Shown here: in pieces, positions 16,401-23,275 of the stretch | How positions within the stretch are numbered: the stretch's first letter is position 1 | How the letters are laid out: the number at the start of each line of letters is the position of its first letter | Assembly: GCF_016107685.1 (NCBI RefSeq) | Contig: NZ_JABASY010000001.1 | Coordinates: 4,187 to 28,186 of the forward strand | Source: Brevibacterium yomogidense | GTDB taxonomy: Bacteria > Actinomycetota > Actinomycetes > Actinomycetales > Brevibacteriaceae | DNA length: 24,000 bases | Direction: 5' to 3' | The notes under the pieces: model-generated | What the model saw: only the letters and a program-made list of their open reading frames with translations | Databases searched by the model: none | What the model was told of the DNA's origin: nothing | Position numbers and translations under genes: made by a program

Positions 16401-17344
16401 GGGGTGGTGCCTTCTGGGTCGTGCGGTGAGCCGGTGTCCTGGGTCGGGCTCGTGTCCCCGGTCGGGTTCGCGTCCTGGGCCGGGGTCGTGTCCAGCGGCG
16501 CTCCGGGTGCGAGGATGTCGTGACCCGGGCGACGGCCGCCGCTCAGACGGCCCCGCAGCTCGCGGGCGGCGAGCGCGCGGGCGACGTCCCGGTACTGGGC
16601 GGCGCGGTGCAGCTGGGCCTTGAGGTCGCGGCCGGTGACACGGTGCTGGAGGTCGCATTCGACTTCTCGCACCCGCATGCCGGCCCACACGAGGTCGATC
16701 GTCATGCCGGTCTCCACACCCCAGCCGGCGGCGAACGGCTGGGTCGCGTCGAACGCGTCCCGCGTCATGCAGCGCATGCCGGACAGCGGCTGGGTGGCTT
16801 CGAAGCCGGAGAGTCGCTCGATGCCCTTCTTCGCAAGCCCCACGACGAACCCGAAGCCGCCGCCCTTGCGCTTCTGGGCGGGCAGGATCGCGATCGTCGC
16901 GTCGGCGTCACCGGCGAGGATCGGTGCGGTGAGCGGCGCGGTGTTCACCGCGGTGCCCTCGAGGTCGCCGTCGATGAACAGCAGCGCCCTGTGGCGGGCG
17001 CGCTCACCGGGGGCCAGCTGGGAGATCTCGCGGTTCCGCACGGCGAACGACCCCGTCATCATCGCCTGGGCCTTGCCCTTGTTCGTGCGGTGGGTGACGA
17101 CTTCCGCCCCGGCCTCACGGGCGTGGACACCCGTGTCGTCGGAGGAGCCGTCGTCCACGACGAGGACGAGGTCCACGCCCGGGATGCGCTGCGCCGAGGC
17201 GACGGTCGCCGCGATCCGCTGCCCCTCGTCCTTCGCCGGGATGACGACGGCGACGGAGTGCGGTGCTCCGGCAGGGCCAGCCGCACCCGAGGCGCCGGAG
17301 GCTCGCGCGGTGCTGTCCGCCCCGTTCCCCGCTGCGGTGCTCAT
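16397..17344 (-). CDS. Glycosyltransferase family 2 protein with Pro/Thr/Asp-rich C-terminal tail
   Basis: SVAVVIPAKDEGQRIAATV...DLVLVVDDGSSDDTG...THRTNKGKAQAM is the GT-A/GT2 pattern (VIPA, DDGS-D-T). Its start ATG 17344 overlaps the upstream stop (ATGA), and its stop overlaps the pheA start. Confidence 0.8.
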   Translation of the reverse strand: MSTAAGNGADSTARASGASGAAGPAGAPHSVAVVIPAKDEGQRIAATVASAQRIPGVDLVLVVDDGSSDDTGVHAREAGAEVVTHRTNKGKAQAMMTGSFAVRNREISQLAPGERARHRALLFIDGDLEGTAVNTAPLTAPILAGDADATIAILPAQKRKGGGFGFVVGLAKKGIERLSGFEATQPLSGMRCMTRDAFDATQPFAAGWGVETGMTIDLVWAGMRVREVECDLQHRVTGRDLKAQLHRAAQYRDVARALAARELRGRLSGGRRPGHDILAPGAPLDTTPAQDANPTGDTSPTQDTGSPHDPEGTTP

Positions 17345-18225
17345 CGGATCGTGAGCTGGCGGGACACGACGCCCGCCTTGGCCCGGCGCTCTTCGTAGTC
17401 GAGCGGCGCGGTGACGGCTGCGGCCTCGTCGAACCGGGTGCGGAACGTCGCGAGGCCCTCTTCGAGGTCGTCCGGCTGGGTGTCCGGCGGGAACTCCCAG
17501 ACGGGGACGGCGATGCCGTGGGCGCGGAAGCAGCCCCGGTACTTGCCGCCTTCGGTGCCCATGTCGTTCTGGCCCTTCGCGTGGAGGCGGGCGAGCGCAC
17601 CCAGGACAGTGTCCTCGGGTGCAGTGTGGGCCCAGCGGACGTAGACGCGACCCGCCATGTTCGTCCAGTAGGCGGCGGGGGCGGACACGAGCTTCTCCGT
17701 GGGGCTGATCGCCTCGTTGGCCTGATCCAGTGCGGCGACGACGTCCTCGTCCCGCAGCGATTCGTCTTCGGGCAGCCAGAAGTCGAACGTCTCGTGCACC
17801 GTGACGGTGAAGGGGACGGAGGTGTCGAGGATGTCCTGGAGGCGTGGCCCCTCACCCGGCTGGGAGGTCACCTCCCGGTACGTGCCGGGCTCACCCTCTG
17901 CGACGGCCAGCAGCGCCGCGGCGATGTCCCGCGACGGGTCCGGGGAGGAGAACGGCACCTGCAGGCCCGCCATGAGGAGGCCGTCTGCACGGTGCAGCGC
18001 CTGCCATGCGGCGGGCAGCAGGGAGGCGAACGTGACGTCGTGCCCCCCGTACTCCTCCGTGAGCTTGGCGGTCGCGGTGGCGGAGGGGACGAGCTCGCGC
18101 AAACACACGAGGTCCGCCTCGAACGGCAGCCCCTCGAACGGCCGCGGCACCCACGCGCCAGCCTGTGCCTTGGCCAAACGCTTGGCGATGATCTCTTCCT
18201 TGGACTTCTTGGACTTCTTACCCAT
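17341..18225 (-). CDS. Conserved actinobacterial protein of unknown function (resembles the DUF5926 family from memory)
   Basis: 294 aa from ATG 18225: MGKKSKKSKEEIIAKRLAKAQAGAWVPRPFEGLPFEADLVCLRELVPSATA..., i.e. a Lys-rich N-terminus followed by an acidic globular part. The rest of the 591-aa track ORF is antisense to the amidohydrolase gene. The DUF name is a recollection and has not been verified. Confidence 0.65.
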   Translation of the reverse strand: MGKKSKKSKEEIIAKRLAKAQAGAWVPRPFEGLPFEADLVCLRELVPSATATAKLTEEYGGHDVTFASLLPAAWQALHRADGLLMAGLQVPFSSPDPSRDIAAALLAVAEGEPGTYREVTSQPGEGPRLQDILDTSVPFTVTVHETFDFWLPEDESLRDEDVVAALDQANEAISPTEKLVSAPAAYWTNMAGRVYVRWAHTAPEDTVLGALARLHAKGQNDMGTEGGKYRGCFRAHGIAVPVWEFPPDTQPDDLEEGLATFRTRFDEAAAVTAPLDYEERRAKAGVVSRQLTIR

Positions 18226-18288
18226 GCGGGCCAGTCTACGGTGGAGGGGAACGGTCACGGAGACAACGGCCTCGGCAAAGGAGCCAGC

Positions 18289-19980
18289 ATGACACAGACG
18301 CCCCGGAACCAGACTTCCGCGGAACCGACGATCATCTACCCCGCCCGCCTGGTGCGCACGATGGACCCCACCTGCCCCACCGCCCCCGCCGTCGCCGTCC
18401 GCGGTGACCGCTTCCGGGCCGTGGGGACGGTGGAGGAGCTGCTCACCTACCCGAACGCGGTCGTCGACGACCGGTACGCGGACGCGGTCCTGCTGCCCGG
18501 GTTCGTGGAGGCGCACAGCCACGCCGGCACAGGGAACGTGTGGAAGGGGACGTACATCGGCTACGTCGACCGCACGGACCCGGACGGCGTGCACTGGCCC
18601 GGCTGCCGCTCGGTCGACGAGGTCGTCACCCGCCTCCAGGCGGAGGAGGCGAAGATCGAGGACCCCGACCAGACGATGATCGCGTGGGGCCTGGACCCCA
18701 TCTTCTTCGACGGCCAGCCGCTGACAGCGGTCGACCTCGACAAGGTGTCGACGACCCGCCCCATCTACATCAATCAGGCCAGCGGCCACGCCGCCACCGT
18801 CAACACCGCGGCGATGCGGAAGTGCGGCGTCGACCAGTCTGCGGGCGTGGAAGGCGTGACGCTGGACGCGGACGGCAGGCCCAACGGGGAGCTGCACGAA
18901 TTCGTTGCGATGGGGCTGGTGCAGGAGCTGGCGAAGAACAGCGACCTGCTGAGCGCGGACGCTGAGGCCCTGCGGAAGTTCGGGCAGAACGCCGTGAACA
19001 CCGGCACGACGACGGTGACGGACCTGGGGTCCCGACTCCTCATGTCGGATGAAGGTGTGGACACGTACCGCGGCGCCGTGGGCGAGGACTTCCCCGCCCG
19101 CATGCACGTCTTCCACTTCGGTGCGGGCGTGGGTCCGGTGTCGTCGGGGCTGGAGGCCGATGCGCAGAGGCTGATCGAGCTGCGCGACTCCTCACACGAC
19201 CGGCTGCGGTTCGGCTACGCGAAGCTCATGCTCGACGGGACGCTGCAGGGCTTCACCGCCCGCGTGCGGGAACCCGGCTACTACGGGGACCAGCCCAACG
19301 GGCAGTGGAACGTGAGCCCGGAGGAGTTCCACCGCGCGTTCGAGGCGTTCCACAAGGCGGGGCTGCTCATCCACGTCCACTGCAACGGCGATCAGTCCAC
19401 CCAGCTGTTCCTCGACACTCTGGAGCGCGTCCTGATCGACCACCCGCGCCCGGACCACCGGCACACGTGCACGCACTCGCAGATGTCGACGCCTGCGCAG
19501 TACCGGCGGTTGGCCGCTCTGGGTGCGTGCGCGAACGTCTTCGCGAACCACATCTGGCAGTGGGGCGATCAGCACCTGGACCTCACGATGGGACCGGACC
19601 GCGCACGGCGGAACAACGCGGCGGCGACAGCGCTGCGTCACGGGGTGCCGATCAGCCTGCACTCCGACTCCCCCGTCACCCCGCTGGGGCCGCTCGCCAC
19701 CGCGAAGCACGCCACGACCCGCCTCACGCAGTCCGGCCGGGTCATGGGTGAGACGGAGCGCATCAGCGCGGAGACCGCCCTCGAGGCAATCACCCTGGGT
19801 GGCGCGTACATGCTCAAGCAGGACGACCTCGTCGGGTCGATCGAACCCGGAAAGTTCGCAGACCTCGCCGTCCTGGCGGAGGACCCCCTGGACGTCGCGC
19901 CCGAGGCCATGGGCGACATCCGCGTCCACGGAACCGTCGTGGGTGGTCAGCACTACGCGAGCAACGTGCAGGACCGGTGA
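18289..19980 (+). CDS. Metal-dependent amidohydrolase (YtcJ-like, Amidohydro_3 type)
   Basis: 563 aa from ATG 18289, with a perfect AAGGAG 5 nt upstream. LLPGFVEAHSHAG is the HxH metal motif, HVHCNGD and SLHSDSPV are further metal ligand blocks, and the C-terminus GSIEPGKFADLAVL is typical of this subfamily. The track's 905-aa ORF is a chimera with antisense sequence. Confidence 0.85.
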   Translation: MTQTPRNQTSAEPTIIYPARLVRTMDPTCPTAPAVAVRGDRFRAVGTVEELLTYPNAVVDDRYADAVLLPGFVEAHSHAGTGNVWKGTYIGYVDRTDPDGVHWPGCRSVDEVVTRLQAEEAKIEDPDQTMIAWGLDPIFFDGQPLTAVDLDKVSTTRPIYINQASGHAATVNTAAMRKCGVDQSAGVEGVTLDADGRPNGELHEFVAMGLVQELAKNSDLLSADAEALRKFGQNAVNTGTTTVTDLGSRLLMSDEGVDTYRGAVGEDFPARMHVFHFGAGVGPVSSGLEADAQRLIELRDSSHDRLRFGYAKLMLDGTLQGFTARVREPGYYGDQPNGQWNVSPEEFHRAFEAFHKAGLLIHVHCNGDQSTQLFLDTLERVLIDHPRPDHRHTCTHSQMSTPAQYRRLAALGACANVFANHIWQWGDQHLDLTMGPDRARRNNAAATALRHGVPISLHSDSPVTPLGPLATAKHATTRLTQSGRVMGETERISAETALEAITLGGAYMLKQDDLVGSIEPGKFADLAVLAEDPLDVAPEAMGDIRVHGTVVGGQHYASNVQDR

Positions 19981-20014
19981 GTGCCGCGGCGCAGGCGGCC
20001 GCGGGGCTGAGAGC

Positions 20015-20045
20015 GCAGGCGGGTGAGGGAGCAGGCGGGTGAGGG
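20015..20045 (+). repeat. Tandem direct repeat GCAGGCGGGTGAGGG x2 (16-bp period) forming a canonical G-quadruplex motif
   Basis: Read directly: gcaggcgggtgaggg (20015-20029), a, gcaggcgggtgaggg (20031-20045). A degenerate third copy gcaggcggccgcgggg lies at 19991. The run GGG-tga-GGG-agcaggc-GGG-tga-GGGG (20021-20046) fits G3+N1-7 x4. It lies between the amidohydrolase stop and the COG0523 start. Confidence 0.5.
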
Positions 20046-20058
20046 GAGTGGGTGACTG

Positions 20059-21090
20059 ATGGGGGCCTCGGCGGCGGTGGCGAAGCCGCTCACGCTGGTG
20101 AGCGGCTACCTGGGGACGGGGAAGACGACGCTCATCAACCACGTGCTGGCCAGTGGCGCGCTGGGGCGGGCGGCGGTCGTCGTGAACGACTTCGGGTCCG
20201 TGAACATCGATGCAGCGCTCATCCGTGCGAGCGGGGCGGACACGGTCGAGCTGACCAACGGGTGCATCTGCTGCCAGATCACCGACGACGTGCAGCGGAC
20301 GATGACAGCGCTGGCGGCCCGTGACGACCTGGACCACGTCGTGTGCGAGGTGAGCGGGATCGGGAACCCGGCACAGCTGGGCGCGTGGCGGACGTACCCG
20401 GGGTTCCGGCCCGGCGGAGTCGTCGTGTGCGTCGATGCGGGGGTGACGCTGAATCGGCTGCGGGACGAGTTCGTGAGCGACATCGTGCACGCCCAGATCC
20501 GGGCCGCGGACCTGCTGGTGGTGACGAAAGCGGACTCCGTGAGCGACTCACTGCTGACGAAGGTGTGGGAGACGTGCGCGCAGATCGCCGGCGATGTGCC
20601 GGTCGAGGTGGTGCGGGACGAGTCGAACGACGCTGCGCGAAGCGGTGGTGCCTGGGAGCCGGTGCTGCGGGGGCTCGTCGAACTCTCGTCGGGGCGCGCG
20701 GATGGACGGGCAGATGGGCTGGCAGGCGGTCCCGCGGATGGGCACGCGTCCGCCCACACGTCGATGACCGTGGATCTGCAGGAACCGGTGGACGTCGACC
20801 GCGTCGTCCAGGTCCTCGATGCGCACGCCGACGATCTGGTGCGAGCGAAGGGAGTGGTGCGGGCCGCGGACGGGACTCGTGTCGTCGTGCAACTTGCGGG
20901 CGGCGTTGTCACGTCCCGTCCGGGACCCGAAGTGCCCGCCGGTTCTGGAGGAACGACCACACCCGCAGTGCCGGCAGAACCCGACGGCGCGTCCGCAAGA
21001 TCGTCGCTCGTCCTCATCGCGGCCGGACCCCACGCCCAGCAGGCGCTGCACCGTGCCGCGCAGGACCTGGGGGCTCAGACCGACGCGTGA
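20059..21090 (+). CDS. COG0523 / CobW-family G3E GTPase (putative metallochaperone)
   Basis: LVSGYLGTGKTTLINHVL is the P-loop and NGCICCQ is the CxCC metal-binding motif. Switch and NKxD-like motifs (LLVVTKAD) are present, followed by a C-terminal CobW_C-like region. Confidence 0.9.
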   Translation: MGASAAVAKPLTLVSGYLGTGKTTLINHVLASGALGRAAVVVNDFGSVNIDAALIRASGADTVELTNGCICCQITDDVQRTMTALAARDDLDHVVCEVSGIGNPAQLGAWRTYPGFRPGGVVVCVDAGVTLNRLRDEFVSDIVHAQIRAADLLVVTKADSVSDSLLTKVWETCAQIAGDVPVEVVRDESNDAARSGGAWEPVLRGLVELSSGRADGRADGLAGGPADGHASAHTSMTVDLQEPVDVDRVVQVLDAHADDLVRAKGVVRAADGTRVVVQLAGGVVTSRPGPEVPAGSGGTTTPAVPAEPDGASARSSLVLIAAGPHAQQALHRAAQDLGAQTDA

Positions 21091-21167
21091 CGGGTGCGGC
21101 GGGTGCTCGCACCACGGGTTCGCGGCTAGGCGGCGACACCAGTTCCGTCACACGGCCTCATGGCCGG

Positions 21168-21758
21168 TCATCCCGCCAGGTCGAAGTTCTTCTCGTAGGC
21201 GTCGCGCAGGCCTTCCCAGCCCACCGCCAGCGCGTCCTCTCCGATGACCCGTTCGACGTCCTGCCCGTCGAGCACCAGGGTGAGCACGGCGAAGCACACG
21301 TGCCAGCCGGCGGCGGTCATCGGCACCAGATCCTGCTGCGTGAACGTCTGCGTGAGCGCGAGGTGGGTCGAACGAGTGGCGCCCTCGAGCACGTCGTCCT
21401 CGACGTGCACGTCCGATTCCGCGAGCTCCCACAGCACCTCCCCCATGCCCCAGGCATGGCGCAGGACGGTGCCGGGCTCCAGCTCGATGACCCGGGCCTC
21501 GGTCGCGGGGGCATCCGGGGTCTCCCGCGCATGTGCGGGCCCCACATCGGTGAGCGGGCGGTCCGGGACGATCGGCGACCACAGTGCCAGCAGCTCCGGC
21601 TGCGTGAGGTAGTCCCACAGCCGCGACGGCGACGCATCGACCGTCAGACCCAGCGTCAGCAGCGTGGTCCCGTGCGCCAGCGTCTGCGACTCCGCGGACA
21701 CGGGGACGGATGCGAGCGCGCCGGTGACGGCGGAGACGGTCGAATCGGACAGCGGCAT
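21168..21758 (-). CDS. SRPBCC (Aha1/START-like) domain protein
   Basis: 196-aa ORF. ASPSRLWDYLTQPELLALWSP is the typical SRPBCC/AHSA1 N-terminal block, and GWHVCFAVLTLVLDG is the C-terminal block. The family call is by resemblance only. Confidence 0.7.
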   Translation of the reverse strand: MPLSDSTVSAVTGALASVPVSAESQTLAHGTTLLTLGLTVDASPSRLWDYLTQPELLALWSPIVPDRPLTDVGPAHARETPDAPATEARVIELEPGTVLRHAWGMGEVLWELAESDVHVEDDVLEGATRSTHLALTQTFTQQDLVPMTAAGWHVCFAVLTLVLDGQDVERVIGEDALAVGWEGLRDAYEKNFDLAG

Positions 21759-21855
21759 ACAGGACTCCTCATCAGTGCGCTCGGGACGCTTCGCGGCCTG
21801 CGCTCAGGCGCATTCCACCCGACCCTATCGGAGGGCACCACGCCGGGACGGACAC

Positions 21856-21898
21856 GTGCGAGCGGGTGCCCCGACCCTGTCGGAACACCCGCTCGCAC
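21856..21898 (-). terminator. Hairpin downstream of the adhesin gene (13-bp perfect stem, 17-nt loop containing a nested mini-palindrome)
   Basis: gtgcgagcgggtg (21856-21868) pairs with cacccgctcgcac (21886-21898). The hairpin begins 19 nt after the adhesin stop (21917-21919). The loop contains ccgaccctgtcgg. Confidence 0.55.
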
Positions 21899-21916
21899 AC
21901 GCGGGACGTCAGGCGA

Positions 21917-23161
21917 TCATGCCCGCCTGCGTGCTGCGATGAGCGCAGTCGCGCCACCGGCCACCAGCAGTGCACCCAGGCCCAGCGTCATCAGAGCGCT
22001 GGTACCCGTGCGGGGCAGGCGCGGCGACTTCGGATTGTCGTCCTCAGGCGGCGGCGCAGGCGCATCGGTCGTCTCCGACGGTGAAGGCGACGGGGACTCC
22101 GGCGTCTCCGACGGTGCCGGCGACTCCGGGGTCTCCGACGGCTCCGGGGAACCCGGCGTCTCTGAAGGCTCCGGGGACTCGGGGGTCTCCGACGGTGTCG
22201 GTGTGGGGCTCGGCGTGACGATCTGGTCGCCGTCACCCTCACCACCGGCGTCGGTGACGACGGTCTCTGCACCCGGCTCGTCCGTCTGATCCGTGACGGA
22301 GACGGTCGCCTTGTTCTCCACGACCTCGACGCCCTCCGGCACGATCGTGGGGATGATGAGCGCACCGATCTTGCCGTCCGGCACGTCGTAGATCGTTCCC
22401 TCGACGAGGGTCTCCGTGCAGGTCACGTCGTGGTTCTCCGCGAGTTCGGAGCTGTCCCAGTGGCCCTTGTCGTCCAGCGTCCAGATCTCCACGCGGAGGT
22501 CGTCGCACACGAACGTCTGCCCCTCCTGCGCTTCGTCGACGAAGGTCACCTCGTCATAGCCCAGCGGGCCCATGACGATCCACTCCACGATCCCGGACTC
22601 CGGGTAGTAGGTGCCGTGCTTCTGCCCCTTGTCACGATCGTTCACCCAGTCGCCGTCACCCGGCTCCTCGATCTCGATCTTCACCGAGTCGTCGAGGTTC
22701 CACTCGATCGTCACGTCGTCACCCGGTTCCGCGTCCTCCGACACCTCGAGCCAGAAGAAGGCGGTCCCGGACACGTCGGTGTGGTCCGCCACGTAGTCCG
22801 TGAGCGTGAAGACGACGGCACCGTCGACGACCTCCGCCGTCGCGATGACGTTCCCATCCGGGTCGAGCACCTCGAAGGACTCCTTCATGGGCAGGAGCTC
22901 GTCCGGCAGCTGCATGCTGAAGGTGTCGCCCGGCTGCGCGGAATCCGGCACTTCCCAGGTGATGTCGACGCGGAAGCGGTCACCCGGCGCCACAGACCCA
23001 TCGGTCTGCACGTCGGTGATGACGTCTTCGAGCTCCGCCGCATGTGCCTCGTTCTGCGTGGGCACGAGGAACGCGAAGACAAGTGTGAGCGCCGCGATCA
23101 GGGCGACGATCGGCAGCGCGGCTGGTCGCCGCTGCGCCTGTGTCCGTATTGCAGGTTGCAC
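21917..23161 (-). CDS. LPXTG cell-wall-anchored MSCRAMM-like adhesin
   Basis: The start is GTG 23161, with GGGAGGA 6 nt upstream. The signal peptide is VQPAIRTQAQRRPAALPIVALIAALTLVFAFLVPTQNEAHA/AE. GAVVFTLTDYVADHTDVSGTAFFWLEV resembles the TYTFTDYV block of Clf/Sdr-type adhesin Ig-like (N2) domains. A PSETPESPE-repeat stalk follows. The sorting signal is LPRTG (22004-22018) plus a hydrophobic stretch and RRRA. Confidence 0.85.
   Translation of the reverse strand: MQPAIRTQAQRRPAALPIVALIAALTLVFAFLVPTQNEAHAAELEDVITDVQTDGSVAPGDRFRVDITWEVPDSAQPGDTFSMQLPDELLPMKESFEVLDPDGNVIATAEVVDGAVVFTLTDYVADHTDVSGTAFFWLEVSEDAEPGDDVTIEWNLDDSVKIEIEEPGDGDWVNDRDKGQKHGTYYPESGIVEWIVMGPLGYDEVTFVDEAQEGQTFVCDDLRVEIWTLDDKGHWDSSELAENHDVTCTETLVEGTIYDVPDGKIGALIIPTIVPEGVEVVENKATVSVTDQTDEPGAETVVTDAGGEGDGDQIVTPSPTPTPSETPESPEPSETPGSPEPSETPESPAPSETPESPSPSPSETTDAPAPPPEDDNPKSPRLPRTGTSALMTLGLGALLVAGGATALIAARRRA
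22070..22197 (-). repeat. 27-bp tandem coding repeat (~4.7 units) encoding a PSETPESPE stalk
   Basis: The core ggtctccgacgg (cgtctccgacgg at 22070, cgtctctgaagg at 22157) recurs at 22070, 22103, 22130, 22157 and 22184, with spacings of 33, 27, 27 and 27 nt. The protein reads PSETPESPEPSETPGSPEPSETPESPAPSETPESPSPSPSETT. Confidence 0.8.
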
Positions 23162-23194
23162 GTGGGATCCTCCCGTGGACTGATGTCGTTCGAC

Positions 23195-23232
23195 GGTGCA
23201 GTCTCCGCGGTCACGTGTGTGCGGACTGCACC
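23195..23232 (-). terminator. Hairpin between the two adhesin paralogs
   Basis: ggtgcagtc-t-ccgc (23195-23208) pairs with gcgg-actgcacc (23221-23232), giving 13 bp with one bulged base and a 12-nt loop. It lies 44 nt after the stop of the upstream paralog (23276). The arm sequence cggactgcac recurs at 23252-23261. Confidence 0.45.
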
Positions 23233-23275
23233 GAACCGCCCTCACGATACACGGACTGCACGGTTTACGGAATGT

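Noticed and set aside
15423-16688. N-terminal extensions in the ORF track: pheA as 421 aa, xthA from 3070, the epimerase from 12952 and the adhesin from 23245.
   Set aside because: The extensions overlap the neighbouring genes' coding sequence, are Arg/Pro-rich, and precede canonical family N-termini (AYLGP for pheA, MRIVNWN for xthA, MTVIVTGASG for the epimerase, an SD-preceded GTG plus signal peptide for the adhesin). Shorter starts were chosen.
17263-19980. 905-aa ORF (plus strand) and 591-aa ORF 17341-19116 (minus strand), which appear as two huge overlapping genes.
   Set aside because: Each is a chimera of a real gene plus an antisense read-through of the neighbour. Recognisable protein sequence begins at MTQTPRNQ (ATG 18289, AAGGAG SD) and at MGKKSKKSK (ATG 18225). 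The extensions are low-complexity Arg/Gly/Val/His-rich sequence.
20015-20045. Tandem direct repeats considered as a mini CRISPR array.
   Set aside because: There are only two contiguous 15-nt copies separated by 1 nt, with no spacers, no cas genes and a repeat length far below CRISPR repeats.
19981-20058. Zur box upstream of the COG0523 GTPase.
   Set aside because: COG0523 genes are often Zur-regulated, but this spacer is uniformly G-rich. I could find no AT-rich palindrome of the Zur type by eye. A PWM scan is still needed.
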